Source: an uncultured Clostridia bacterium
Lineage (GTDB): Bacteria; Bacillota; Clostridia; Oscillospirales; CAG-272
Length of the DNA stretch: 64,000 bases
Direction: 5' to 3'
Assembly: GCA_947630625.1 (NCBI GenBank)
Contig: CANRIL010000009.1
Span: 15,284 to 79,283, forward strand
The notes beneath the pieces are model-generated. The model was not told where the DNA came from. It was given only the letters and a program-made list of their open reading frames with translations, and searched no databases. Below, in pieces: positions 9,731-19,546 of this stretch (position 1 is the stretch's first letter; each line of letters begins with the position of its first letter). The position numbers were made by a program, and so were the translations under genes.

Positions 9731-12700
9731 GTGTATTTAAAATCACTTGAAATGCAGGGCTTCAAATCGTTCCCCGACAGAACGAAGATCGAGTTCAACC
9801 GCGGCTCGACCGTCATCGTCGGACCGAACGGAAGCGGCAAATCGAATATAACCGACGCAATGCGGTGGGTGCTCGGCGAGATATCGAGCAGGAACATCCG
9901 CGGCGCAAAGATGGAGGACGTGATCTTCGCCGGAGCCGACGGGCGCAACCCGATGGGATACGCGGAAGTCTCGATAACATTTGAAAATACGGACGAAAAC
10001 GGACGCATTGACCTGCCTTACGACGAGGTGACGGTGACGCGCCGCTACTATAAGGCGGGCGAGAGCGAATATTTTATAAACAAGCGCCCCGTCAGGCTGC
10101 GCGACATACATGAGCTCTTCATGAATACAGGCATCGGCAGAGAGGGATATTCCATCGTCGGGCAGGGCAGGATCGCGGAGATAATCTCGCGCAAGAGTGA
10201 GGAACGCCGCGGCGTCTTTGACGAAGCGGCGGGAATTTCAAAATACAGGCACAAGCGGCAGGACGCGGAGCGCCAGCTTTTGGCGTCCGAGGAGAACATG
10301 GTCAGGGTCGGGGACATAATCTCCGAGCTTGAAGGCAGAGTCGCCCCGCTCGAACGCGAGGCGGAGCGCGCGAGAAAATATCTCGATTTATACGAGCGGC
10401 ACCGCCGCGCCGATATAATGCTCTCGATCTTCGAAAGCAGGCGTATTCGGGAAGACCAGCAAAAGGCGGACGACGAATTTACCCTCTCCGAGCACGCGCT
10501 TGAAATGATAACGGACACGATCGACAGCCTTGAGGCACAGAGCGAAAGGCTGCTCGAATCGGCGCAGAAAAACAAGATCTCATCAGAGCGCGCGTATGAA
10601 AGAATACGCTCGCTTACAACGGAAATATCGAGGCTCGACGGCGAATATAAGTCTATGCAGACAGACCTCGAACACAGCGAGGCGCAGATCGCGGAATACC
10701 GCGAAAGCGAGAAGTCGGCAAAGAATATGATCGCCGCCGCCGAGGAAGACGGACGGGACGGAGAATCGGCGCTCGCCGAGGCGCGCGCGTCGAAGGCTGA
10801 GGCGGAGGCGGCGCTCAAAGAAAAGCGCGCGGAGCTCACGCGGCTCGAAGAGACGCTGTCGAAGCTGACATCTCGGCTTGAAGAGATGCTGTCGGAGCAG
10901 AGACGGCGGGAAGAGGAGCTTGTTGACTCCCGCGTCCGCCTTGACGTGCTGCGCGGCTCCGCAAAGGAAGACGCCGCCAAAAACGCGTCCGTTTCGGACG
11001 AGATCGGAAAATACGAGGCGTCCGCCGCGGAATACAGGAAAAAGGCGGACGAGGACGCGGCGACAGTTTCCGAATTCGAAGAGGAACTGAAAAAATCGGC
11101 GTCGGTCATCGCCGCGGCGGAAGAGCGGCTTTCCGAGGCGGACGAGGCGCTTGCGGAGAAAAACCGCGCGCTCAATACGGCGCGTGCGTCGTCCGAGGCG
11201 CTTGCGCACAGGATAGACGCGCTCGTCAGGCTTGAAGAAAATTTCGAAGGATACGGTCGCGCCGTCAAATCCGTGATGGACGGGGCGTCGTCCGGCGCAA
11301 TATCAGGGAAAGTATACGGTCCCGTCTCGCGCCTGATCACCGTGCCGAAGGAATACGTCACGGCGATCGAGACGGCGCTCGGCGCGAATCTGCAGAATAT
11401 CGTTGTCGACGACGAATCAACGGCGAAGTCGGCAATCAGATATTTGCAGCGCGGAGGCGCCGGAAGGGCGACGTTTTACCCGATCTCCGCCGTAAAAGCG
11501 CAGGAGCCGGGTCGCGAGCTGCGCGACGTTGCCGGCAGGGCGGGATACATCGGCATCGCGTCCGAGCTTACGGGATATGATAAGATATATGACGGCGTCA
11601 TACGCTACCTGCTCGGCAGGACGTTCGTGTTTGACGATCTTGACCACGCAACGGAGGCAGCGCGCGCGAGCGGATATAAGATACGCGCGGTGACGCTTGA
11701 CGGTCAGCAGATCAACGCGGGCGGCTCGTTCACGGGCGGCTCGGCGCGCAAGGAAAGCGGCATGCTGACGCGCTCCGGCGAGATCAGATCGCTCCGCGCC
11801 GAAAAGGCGCTGCGCGACCGCGAGGCGGAACGGCTGGCGGCGGAGATCGCCGAGGCATCGAAAAAGCGCGCCGCGCACAAAAGCGAGCTTGACGGCGAGC
11901 GCGCGCGCCGCGACATGATGGATGCGATGATGCGCGCCGCAATGTCCTCGCGCGATATGGCGACGGCGCAGTATGATGCGACCTGCACGCTCATCGCTCA
12001 GCTCCGCGCCGATTTTGAGGCGCGTGAAACGATCTCCGGTCAGTATGAAACGGACATGAAGGAGCTGACGGAGATATGCCGCAGGGCCGAGGGCGATGTC
12101 GCCGACATAAAGGCCGCGCGGGAGTCGCTCGATATCGAGCGGCACGAGACGGAAGACAGGCGCGACGCGGCGGCGGCTGCCGTTTCGGAGGCGATGGTTG
12201 AGCTTGCTCGGCGGGATGCCGCGATCGAGGCTTCATTGCAGCTCGCCGCCGAGCGCGCGCGCAGGCTTGAAGAATACAGGGGCATGCTCAGTCAGTATAT
12301 TTCGCGTGAAGCTGAGCTGACGGAGCACACCGAGGAGATCAGGCGGCAGCTTGGCGAGAACAGGGCGGCGCACGAAAAGGCGGAGGGCGAGCTTTCAGAG
12401 GTCGAAGACGAGCGCTCAAAGCTTGAGTCCGGCGGGCTTCAGTTTGAGACGAAGCAGGTGGAACTGCGCCGCAGGATACGCGAGAAAACGGACGAGAAGG
12501 AGACTGTCGTCCGCACGCATATGAAAAACGAGCAGAAAAAGCTCGCGCTCACCTCGGAGCTTGAAAAGATGATAAGCCACCTCTGGGACGAATACGAGCT
12601 CACGCTTACGGCCGCTGAGGAACAGGCGGCTGAACTCGGTTATCCGCCGGTCGACGACAAAAACAAGGGCGAGGTCAAGGCCGAGGTGACGGAGTGCAGG

Positions 12701-13360
12701 AACAAGCTCCGCGCGCTCGGTTCTGTAAACGTCGGCGCGATCGACGAATACCGCGAGGTCAGCGAACGGTACGAGTATCTTTCGCGGCAGATGGCAGACC
12801 TGACGGCGGCGAAGGACGAGCTGACCTCGATAATCGAGGGGCTTGAGCGCGACATGGAAAAGAGCTTCACCGAGGCGTTTGCGAAGATAAACACGCGGTT
12901 CGGCGAGGTGTTCCGGGAGCTTTTCGGAGGGGGCGAGGCGGAGCTTTACCTTGTCGACCCCGAAAATGTCCTGACGAGCGGCATCGAGATCAAGGCGGCG
13001 CCTCCGGGCAAGGTCATAAAAAATCTCTCGCTTCTCTCTGGCGGCGAGCAGTCGTTCGTCGCGATCGCGCTTCTGTTCGCGATGATATACGTCAACCCCA
13101 CGCCGTTCTGCATATTTGACGAGATCGAATCGGCTCTCGACGAAGTAAACGTCGACAGGTTTGCCGCGTACATAAAGCGGTATTCGGAGAAGATGCAGTT
13201 CGTCGTGATCACGCACAGGCGCGGGACGATGGAAACCGCCGATTCGCTTTACGGCATCACAATGCCGCGCCACGGCATCTCCCGTGTCCTGACGCTCGAC
13301 CCCGGAGACATCGAGGCACGCGAGAAGTATACGAGCGGAAGCGAAAACTCGGCAAAATGA
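9731..13360 (+). CDS. smc: chromosome segregation protein SMC
   Basis: 1209 aa. Walker A GPNGSGKSNITDA, long coiled coils, a hinge, the signature LSGGEQSFVAIALLFA and Walker B CIFDEIESALD. GTG start. Confidence 0.97.
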   Translation: MYLKSLEMQGFKSFPDRTKIEFNRGSTVIVGPNGSGKSNITDAMRWVLGEISSRNIRGAKMEDVIFAGADGRNPMGYAEVSITFENTDENGRIDLPYDEVTVTRRYYKAGESEYFINKRPVRLRDIHELFMNTGIGREGYSIVGQGRIAEIISRKSEERRGVFDEAAGISKYRHKRQDAERQLLASEENMVRVGDIISELEGRVAPLEREAERARKYLDLYERHRRADIMLSIFESRRIREDQQKADDEFTLSEHALEMITDTIDSLEAQSERLLESAQKNKISSERAYERIRSLTTEISRLDGEYKSMQTDLEHSEAQIAEYRESEKSAKNMIAAAEEDGRDGESALAEARASKAEAEAALKEKRAELTRLEETLSKLTSRLEEMLSEQRRREEELVDSRVRLDVLRGSAKEDAAKNASVSDEIGKYEASAAEYRKKADEDAATVSEFEEELKKSASVIAAAEERLSEADEALAEKNRALNTARASSEALAHRIDALVRLEENFEGYGRAVKSVMDGASSGAISGKVYGPVSRLITVPKEYVTAIETALGANLQNIVVDDESTAKSAIRYLQRGGAGRATFYPISAVKAQEPGRELRDVAGRAGYIGIASELTGYDKIYDGVIRYLLGRTFVFDDLDHATEAARASGYKIRAVTLDGQQINAGGSFTGGSARKESGMLTRSGEIRSLRAEKALRDREAERLAAEIAEASKKRAAHKSELDGERARRDMMDAMMRAAMSSRDMATAQYDATCTLIAQLRADFEARETISGQYETDMKELTEICRRAEGDVADIKAARESLDIERHETEDRRDAAAAAVSEAMVELARRDAAIEASLQLAAERARRLEEYRGMLSQYISREAELTEHTEEIRRQLGENRAAHEKAEGELSEVEDERSKLESGGLQFETKQVELRRRIREKTDEKETVVRTHMKNEQKKLALTSELEKMISHLWDEYELTLTAAEEQAAELGYPPVDDKNKGEVKAEVTECRNKLRALGSVNVGAIDEYREVSERYEYLSRQMADLTAAKDELTSIIEGLERDMEKSFTEAFAKINTRFGEVFRELFGGGEAELYLVDPENVLTSGIEIKAAPPGKVIKNLSLLSGGEQSFVAIALLFAMIYVNPTPFCIFDEIESALDEVNVDRFAAYIKRYSEKMQFVVITHRRGTMETADSLYGITMPRHGISRVLTLDPGDIEAREKYTSGSENSAK

Positions 13361-13378
13361 AATAACTGAGGTAACATA

Positions 13379-14287
13379 ATGGGATTCTACGAAAAACTCA
13401 AAGCCGGGATCGGCAAGACGAAGAACGCGATAATGGGCGGCATCGACCGCGTTATGCAGTCGTTCGTGAGGATCGACGAGGATATGCTCGATGAGCTTGA
13501 GGAATCGCTCATCATGGCTGACGTAGGCGTCGAAACGACGGAGGCGATACTTGAAGCGCTTCGCCGCCGCATCAAGGAAGAAAGGCTGACCGACGCGAAG
13601 GACGCGAAGGCGGCGCTTTGCGACATCATAGCCGACATGATAGGCGAGGGTGAACCGCTCGATCTCTCGACAACGCCGTCCGTCATACTCGTGATAGGCG
13701 TCAACGGAGTCGGGAAGACGACCTCGATCGGCAAGATCGCCGCCGACCTTACGAGAAAAGGCAAAAAGGTGATCGTCGCCGCCGCGGATACGTTCCGCGC
13801 GGCGGCGGCAGACCAGCTCGCCGTATGGTGCGAGCGCGCCGGCGCGACGCTCATAAGGCAGGACGAGGGAAGCGACCCTGCCGCCGTCGTATTCGACGCC
13901 GCCGCGGCGGCGAGAAGGCGCGGCGCGGACGTGCTCATAGTCGACACTGCGGGACGCCTGCACAACAAGAAAAATCTGATGGATGAGCTTTCAAAGATCA
14001 ACCGCGTGCTGACGCGCGAGCTGCCCGATTCGGCGCGCGAGACGCTGCTCGTCCTCGACGCGACGACGGGACAGAACGCCGTCATACAGGCAAAGGAATT
14101 CAGAAACGCCGCCGATATCACGGGACTTATTCTGACGAAGCTCGACGGCACGGCGAAGGGCGGCATAGTTATTTCGATAAAGGGCGAGCTCGGCATTCCG
14201 GTCAAATATATCGGCGTCGGAGAAGGGATCGACGACATGGAGCCGTTTGACAACCGCGATTTCGCGCGCGCGCTTTTCGAGGAATAA
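13379..14287 (+). CDS. ftsY: signal recognition particle receptor FtsY
   Basis: NG domain: VIGVNGVGKTTSIGK, DTAGRLHNK, TKLDGTAKGG. Follows smc. Confidence 0.95.
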   Translation: MGFYEKLKAGIGKTKNAIMGGIDRVMQSFVRIDEDMLDELEESLIMADVGVETTEAILEALRRRIKEERLTDAKDAKAALCDIIADMIGEGEPLDLSTTPSVILVIGVNGVGKTTSIGKIAADLTRKGKKVIVAAADTFRAAAADQLAVWCERAGATLIRQDEGSDPAAVVFDAAAAARRRGADVLIVDTAGRLHNKKNLMDELSKINRVLTRELPDSARETLLVLDATTGQNAVIQAKEFRNAADITGLILTKLDGTAKGGIVISIKGELGIPVKYIGVGEGIDDMEPFDNRDFARALFEE

Positions 14288-14292
14288 ACGTC

Positions 14293-14913
14293 ATGAAATT
14301 CGTGCTTGCAAGCAACAATAAGAAAAAGATAGTCGAGATGCGCCGGATCATAGCGGCGCTCTCGCCGGACTCGGAGATACTGTCCCTTTCCGACATCGGC
14401 TTTTCGGGCGATATAGTTGAGGACGGGGAAACTTTTCGCGAAAACGCGATAATAAAGGCGTCCGTCCCGGCGTCGCTCGGATATATCGGCATCGCGGATG
14501 ATTCGGGCATCTGCGTTGACGCGCTCGGCGGCCGTCCCGGCGTTTATTCCGCGCGCTATTCGGGAATGGGCGACGAGGCGAACAACGAAAAGCTGCTTTA
14601 TGAGCTGCGGGACGTGCCGGACGGGGAGCGCGGGGCGCATTATTCATGCGCCATTGCGTGCGTTTTCCCCGAAAAATACGGCATCGCGCCGGTTATTGCC
14701 GAGGGCGAATGTCACGGGCGGATATTGCGCGAATACCGCGGGGCCGGCGGGTTCGGGTATGACCCGCTCTTTTACCGGGACGAGGAAGGCTGCACGTTCG
14801 GCGAGCTTTCCCCGGAAGAAAAGGATAAGGTCAGCCACAGGGGGATCGCGCTTTCCCGCTTTGCCGCGCTGATAAGACCGATACTTAAGGAAATAGAAGA
14901 AAATGAAGCTTGA
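14293..14913 (+). CDS. rdgB: XTP/dITP diphosphatase (RdgB/HAM1 family)
   Basis: MKFVLASNNKKKIVEM.., ..DDSGICVDALGGRPGVYSARY.., ..GFGYDPLF.., ..SHRG.. Confidence 0.9.
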   Translation: MKFVLASNNKKKIVEMRRIIAALSPDSEILSLSDIGFSGDIVEDGETFRENAIIKASVPASLGYIGIADDSGICVDALGGRPGVYSARYSGMGDEANNEKLLYELRDVPDGERGAHYSCAIACVFPEKYGIAPVIAEGECHGRILREYRGAGGFGYDPLFYRDEEGCTFGELSPEEKDKVSHRGIALSRFAALIRPILKEIEENEA

Positions 14914-15202
14914 ATTGACAGGAAAGCAGCGCGCCGGACTGCGCGCGATGGCGAACGGATACGAAACGATATTTCAGATAGGGAAGGACGGTATCTCTGA
15001 GGAGACTGTCTTTCAGGTCGGAAACGCGCTTGAGGCGCGCGAGCTCATAAAGCTGCGCGTGCTCGACGCGTGCCCGTACACGAGCCGCGAGGCGGCGGAG
15101 ATCATAGCGGAGCGCACAAATTCCGCCGTTGTGTCCGTCGTCGGTTCGAGATTTGTGCTTTACCGCAGGAGCAAGACAAAGAAGGACAAGATCATCTTAT
15201 GA
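14903..15202 (+). CDS. yhbY: YhbY/CRM-domain RNA-binding protein
   Basis: LTGKQRAGLRAMANGYETIFQIGKDGISEE...ELIKLRVL is the YhbY fold signature. It lies upstream of nadD, as in the yqeI-nadD-yqeK-rsfS cluster. Confidence 0.85.
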   Translation: MKLELTGKQRAGLRAMANGYETIFQIGKDGISEETVFQVGNALEARELIKLRVLDACPYTSREAAEIIAERTNSAVVSVVGSRFVLYRRSKTKKDKIIL

Positions 15203-15822
15203 AGATAGGGCTTTACGGAGGCACGTTCTCTCCGCCCCATATCGGACATTACCGCGCGGCGGCTGCGTTTCTGGAGCAGTTTTCGCCCGACCTTCTGCTC
15301 ATTATGCCGACATCGGTGCCGCCGCACAAGCGCACGTCTCCATACGACGACCCGAAGCACAGATTTAATATGGCGTCCCTCGCGTTTGAGCCGCTCTGCC
15401 GGGACGGAAAAGCCGTCGTCTCGACGATTGAGCTCGACCGCGGCGGCGTCAGCTACACGGCGGACACGCTGCGCGAAATTTACCGGATATACGGGCTTGA
15501 GGGACAGAATCGCGTCTATCTTCTGACGGGGACCGATATGTTTCTGACGCTCAATCTCTGGCGCGAGCCGGAGACGATTTTTTCCCTTTCGCACATCGTT
15601 TACGCGAGCCGGGAGGAAAACGACGGGGAAGCATGCGCCGAGAAGCGCGCGTTTTATACAGAAAAATACGGCGCCGTCGTTGACAGGCTGGAGCTTATAC
15701 CATATGAAGTTTCATCGACCGAGCTGCGCGCGGCGCTCGCGCGCGGTGAGGCGGAGGACGGCGTCATTTCGCCGCCGGTGCTCGAATACATAAAGCGAAA
15801 CGGGCTTTACGGGCTGAGCTGA
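15199..15822 (+). CDS. nadD: nicotinate-nucleotide adenylyltransferase
   Basis: MKIGLYGGTFSPPHIGH.. (the (H/T)xGH motif). ATG 15199 overlaps the yhbY stop (ATGA). The upstream extension of the listed ORF from 15070 runs inside yhbY and is rejected. Confidence 0.92.
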   Translation: MKIGLYGGTFSPPHIGHYRAAAAFLEQFSPDLLLIMPTSVPPHKRTSPYDDPKHRFNMASLAFEPLCRDGKAVVSTIELDRGGVSYTADTLREIYRIYGLEGQNRVYLLTGTDMFLTLNLWREPETIFSLSHIVYASREENDGEACAEKRAFYTEKYGAVVDRLELIPYEVSSTELRAALARGEAEDGVISPPVLEYIKRNGLYGLS

Positions 15823-15845
15823 CGCGGCGGGCTATGGGAGAAAAA

Positions 15846-16484
15846 ATGAAATATACTGACGCGGATATTGACAAGCTGCGGCGAGATGTCGCCGCGTATC
15901 TTACGGAAAAACGTTACAGACACACGCTCGCGGTCGAGGGCGAGACGGCGTACATGGCGGCGCTTTATATGCCGGAGCGCGAAAACGAGCTGCGCGCGGC
16001 GGCGCTGCTTCACGATATCGCAAAAAAATTAAGTTACGAAAACCAGTTGAATTATATTCGCGAGTTTGATATAATGATTGGGGAAAAAGATCCTGTCGGC
16101 GACGTGGCGCACGCCCCGGCGGGAGCCGCGATGATAAAGGCGCATTTCCCCGCGTTTGACGACCCGGATATAATATCCGCCGTCCGGTATCATTCGACCG
16201 GACGTGCTTATATGACCGTATTTGAGGCGATAATATTTCTTGCGGACTATATCGAGCCGACAAGGAGCCACGAGAGCTGCCGCGCTCTGCGGGAAAAGTT
16301 TCACCGCGAGGCTGACGCGGCATCGACAATGGATGAGCGGCTCGGTGCGCTCTGCCGCGCGGTCGTTGACGCCATGCGCAGCACCGTTTATTATGTGCGC
16401 AGTTCGGGAATGGAGCTTGACCCGGAGACGCTGACGGCGCTTTCGTATTTTGAGGCGGGCGGCGTTTTGCGGGATAGTGTTTGA
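15846..16484 (+). CDS. yqeK: HD-domain protein YqeK (bis(5'-nucleosyl)-tetraphosphatase family)
   Basis: RYRHTLAVEGE.. and LLHDIAKK.. HD motifs. It follows nadD. ATG 15846 has GGGAG 6 nt upstream; ATG 15834 is an alternative start. Confidence 0.85.
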   Translation: MKYTDADIDKLRRDVAAYLTEKRYRHTLAVEGETAYMAALYMPERENELRAAALLHDIAKKLSYENQLNYIREFDIMIGEKDPVGDVAHAPAGAAMIKAHFPAFDDPDIISAVRYHSTGRAYMTVFEAIIFLADYIEPTRSHESCRALREKFHREADAASTMDERLGALCRAVVDAMRSTVYYVRSSGMELDPETLTALSYFEAGGVLRDSV

Positions 16485-16502
16485 ATTTAAAGGATTTTTC
16501 TG

Positions 16503-17678
16503 ATGCAAACGAGTTCACATAAAAGGAAGCGCCGCAGTCTGTCGACAGCCCGCGCGCTGCTGTTTCTGCTTTTCGTGCTTGCTGCGGTCGCCGTGGCGTT
16601 CACGCTGTTTTTGAAATTCTACGTCCCCGACCCGGACACGAATGTGAACATCCCTGTCGGGGGGACGGGGGACGATTTCCCCGGCGTGGGCACCTCCGGC
16701 GGCGAGACTGATTTTACCGGCAAGCTGCAAAAGGCGGGGCGGTACAATTTCCTGATCGTCGGGCTTGACCGTGCTTCGCGCAGCACCGATATAATGATGA
16801 TCGTTTCATACGATGTCGGCGCCGGGCGTATCTCGGTCGTCCAGCTCCCGCGCGATACGTATGTCAAAACGGCGGATGTCACGACGGTGCGCCGGATAAA
16901 CTCGTATTATGCCGTATACTATAACAGGGCAAATAAGAACGGAGACGCCGACCCCGACATGGCGGCGCTCACGGGGCTTGCCGCGATGATCGAGAAAAAC
17001 TTCGGCGTGCGGATAAATTACAGCGCCGTCGTCGACCTTGACGGGTTTGTAAATATAATCGACGCCGTTGGCGGCGTATGGATCGATGTTCCGTACGATA
17101 TGTTTTACGAGGACCCGTATCAGGACCTCTATATCGATCTGAAGGCAGGATATCAGCATCTTGACGGCGAGCGCGCGATGCAGTTCGTCAGGTTCAGAAA
17201 GGGTTACGTTCAGCAGGATATCGGCAGGCAGGACGCGCTCAAGAATTTCATGGCGGCGCTCATGGCGCAGCTCAAGCAAAATCTCAATATTTCAACTGTC
17301 GTCGGCGTGTCCGGCGAGGTCATGAAGAATATGCGCTCAAATATCGGCGCCGCCGATTTTGTATATTTCGCGAAATCAGCGTTGTCCGTCGACCTGTCTA
17401 ACGTCATGATGGAGACGCTGCCGGGCGAGCCGACAATGGTAGACGGCGCATCAGTCTACGTGCTCTACCGCGATGACACGATCGACGTGCTGAATAAGTA
17501 CCTGAACGTGTTCGACCGCCCGCTCACGCGGGAGGAGTTCGACCGGGACGAGGTGATGTTCGTTCACGGCGATGACACATCCGAGGAAATTTACAACAGC
17601 CCCGCCGGGACCGCGTCAAGCGAGGGTTACAACGCCGGGGATATAAACGAAAATCCGATCGACATACCGAGAAGGTAA
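16503..17678 (+). CDS. LCP (LytR-CpsA-Psr) family cell-envelope protein
   Basis: An N-terminal TM anchor is followed by the LCP domain: NFLIVGLDRASRSTDIMMIVSYD..VQLPRDTYV...DGERAMQFVRFR. Confidence 0.85.
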   Translation: MQTSSHKRKRRSLSTARALLFLLFVLAAVAVAFTLFLKFYVPDPDTNVNIPVGGTGDDFPGVGTSGGETDFTGKLQKAGRYNFLIVGLDRASRSTDIMMIVSYDVGAGRISVVQLPRDTYVKTADVTTVRRINSYYAVYYNRANKNGDADPDMAALTGLAAMIEKNFGVRINYSAVVDLDGFVNIIDAVGGVWIDVPYDMFYEDPYQDLYIDLKAGYQHLDGERAMQFVRFRKGYVQQDIGRQDALKNFMAALMAQLKQNLNISTVVGVSGEVMKNMRSNIGAADFVYFAKSALSVDLSNVMMETLPGEPTMVDGASVYVLYRDDTIDVLNKYLNVFDRPLTREEFDRDEVMFVHGDDTSEEIYNSPAGTASSEGYNAGDINENPIDIPRR

Positions 17679-17714
17679 AAATTATATACAACGCAAAGAA
17701 AGGATGGTACAGAC

Positions 17715-18110
17715 ATGGAAAACAACGAGGAAAAGAAAGCGCTCAAAATCGACACGCCGGAAGCTCTTGCAAAGTCGATAGTCAAAGTGCTTGACGACAA
17801 GCTTGCCGGAGACATAAGGCTCCTTCACGTGACGGAAAAGACGATAATCGCCGATTATTTTGTCATCTGCACAGGTTCGAGCACGACGCAGATACGCTCG
17901 CTCGCCGGCGAGGTCGAATATCAGATCGGCGAGGCGGGGATGAAGCCCGGCCATATCGAAGGGCTGCCCGAGGCGAACTGGGTCTGCATGGACTATCACT
18001 CTGTTATCGTTCACATCTTCACGGAGGAAAACCGCTCGACGTACAGGCTCGAAAAGCTCTGGGAGGACGCCGAAGAGGTCGATATCAAGGGAAATCTGAC
18101 GGCAAGATAA
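17715..18110 (+). CDS. rsfS: ribosome silencing factor RsfS
   Basis: IADYFVICTGSSTTQIRSLAGEV.. EGLPEANWVCMDYHSVIVHIF..R..Y.LEKLW is the iojap/RsfS signature. Confidence 0.9.
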   Translation: MENNEEKKALKIDTPEALAKSIVKVLDDKLAGDIRLLHVTEKTIIADYFVICTGSSTTQIRSLAGEVEYQIGEAGMKPGHIEGLPEANWVCMDYHSVIVHIFTEENRSTYRLEKLWEDAEEVDIKGNLTAR

Positions 18111-18116
18111 AAGTTT

Positions 18117-18401
18117 GTGGGATTTATGGCTCGTGAATTGACCCCGATCATGTTGATATCGATACCGATAATATATCTTTTATCTTTTGCCGCGTCTGCC
18201 GCGTTCTTTATCGTGTGCCTGATATTCTTCCGCCGCGCGTCAAAGGCGTGCGCTGCCGGGGGAGACGGTGACGGCGAGCTTGCGAGAAACAAGCGAATTT
18301 GGCTTGCATTGCTGATTTTTTCGTCGGTCATCTTTGGTGCCGGAGTGCTTTTCTCTTTGTGGCTGGCGATGATATATATAGCCGCCATCTTCTTTATGTG
18401 A
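18117..18401 (+). CDS. small membrane protein, unknown function
   Basis: 94-aa ORF with two clear hydrophobic helices separated by a basic/acidic loop. No strong RBS. The start could be GTG 18117 or ATG 18126. Confidence 0.4.
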   Translation: MGFMARELTPIMLISIPIIYLLSFAASAAFFIVCLIFFRRASKACAAGGDGDGELARNKRIWLALLIFSSVIFGAGVLFSLWLAMIYIAAIFFM

Positions 18402-18410
18402 GGCAGAGCG

Positions 18411-18551
18411 ATGAAGGAGCGCACATTCTATATTCTTATGTCCGTCATCGTCGCGCTCGGCGTCGCAGCTACGGCGGCGCTTGCGATATATACGGCGTAC
18501 GAATATCAAAACTGCTCGATCATAACTTATATCGCAACGGAGCTATGGTGA
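18411..18551 (+). CDS. possible 46-aa single-pass membrane peptide
   Basis: ATG 18411 has GAGGCAGAG upstream. It translates to MKERTFYILMSVIVALGVAATAAALAIYTAYEYQNCSIITYIATELW*, and the stop lies 5 nt before the next gene. It is below the ORF-track length cutoff and I found it by eye. Confidence 0.3.
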   Translation: MKERTFYILMSVIVALGVAATAALAIYTAYEYQNCSIITYIATELW

Positions 18552-18555
18552 CAAC

Positions 18556-19518
18556 ATGAAAAAAAGCGCCGCAATTGCGATAATGATCCTGACCGCCTTC
18601 ATATTTCTTTCGCTCAACTTCTCGATCTATATGCTTTTCACGCGCCGGGTCGTTGACGAAATGACGGTTGAAGAGCGGAAAAACGCCATATCCCTTGAGG
18701 ATTATCTCCCTTTCGCGGACGGGACGCGCGCCGTCACGGTCAAGTCGAGCCTCAGATTTTCAGAATCGGACAGGCTCCCCGTACTTGACGGCGCCTCGGC
18801 GCTTTATCCCGTTTACGCGTCGGTCGCCGCGTCCGTTTACCCGGAGGGGAGCGTTATTTTCGAAGACGGCGCGTTTTCTGACGGGAGCGCCGTGCAGTTC
18901 AGAAACACGCTGCGCGCGTACCGCGCCGTCGCCGACGGGGACGCTGACATAATATTCTGCGCCGCGCCGTCGGCGGAGCAGCTCGGATACGCCGCCTCGG
19001 TCGGGGCGGAGCTTGAGCTTGTGCCGATCGGCCGCGAGGGGTTTGTCTTTATCGTGAACGAAGACAACCCGGTAAACGGGTTGACGACGGAGCAGCTTCG
19101 CGGGATATACACCGGCAAATATAAAAACTGGCGCGAGCTCGGCGGGGCTGACAGGATGATAGACCCGAAAACGCGGCTCGCCGGCAGCGGCAGCCAGACG
19201 GTGATGGAGCATTTCATGAACGGAGAGCAGATGATGACCGGGCGCATGTTCGGCTTTCTCGGGGCGTCCGTCGGATATTCGTTCCGCTTCTACGTTGAGG
19301 CTGTGCCGCGGGAGCATTCCGTGAAAATGCTCGCGGTCGACGGGGTGTATCCGTCAGCCGAAAACATAAAGAATGGCACGTATCCGCTCGTCACGGAATT
19401 TTATGCCGTCTGCCGGGATGACAATGATGATGAAAACGTCCGCCGCCTTCTTGACTGGCTGCTCTCGGACGAAGGGCAGGAGCTTATAGAGGCTGTCGGG
19501 TACGCACGAATAAAATGA
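18556..19518 (+). CDS. PstS-like (PBP type 2) substrate-binding domain protein, membrane-anchored
   Basis: N-terminal TM helix. DGASALYPVYASVA.., ..PIGREGFVFIVN..NPV..LT.EQLRGIYTGKYKNWRELGG is the phosphate-binding-protein-like fold signature. Confidence 0.75.
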   Translation: MKKSAAIAIMILTAFIFLSLNFSIYMLFTRRVVDEMTVEERKNAISLEDYLPFADGTRAVTVKSSLRFSESDRLPVLDGASALYPVYASVAASVYPEGSVIFEDGAFSDGSAVQFRNTLRAYRAVADGDADIIFCAAPSAEQLGYAASVGAELELVPIGREGFVFIVNEDNPVNGLTTEQLRGIYTGKYKNWRELGGADRMIDPKTRLAGSGSQTVMEHFMNGEQMMTGRMFGFLGASVGYSFRFYVEAVPREHSVKMLAVDGVYPSAENIKNGTYPLVTEFYAVCRDDNDDENVRRLLDWLLSDEGQELIEAVGYARIK

Positions 19519-19546
19519 GTTAACCTGAAAGGAAGATACACTTTAC

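Noticed and set aside
10048-13963. Long minus-strand ORFs (437 aa at 10048-11361; 515 aa at 12416-13963; 417 aa at 13387-14640) opposite smc and ftsY.
   Set aside because: All are antisense to strongly supported genes. Their serine/arginine-rich translations have no motifs.
15070-15198. N-terminal extension of nadD in the ORF track (start at 15070).
   Set aside because: The extension lies in an alternative frame of yhbY. The canonical NadD N-terminus MKIGLYGGTFSPPH begins at ATG 15199, which overlaps the yhbY stop.
19519-19546. A T-box leader upstream of leuS.
   Set aside because: Only 28 nt separate the upstream gene from the leuS start codon, which leaves no room for a T-box. leuS is probably co-transcribed with the PstS-like gene.
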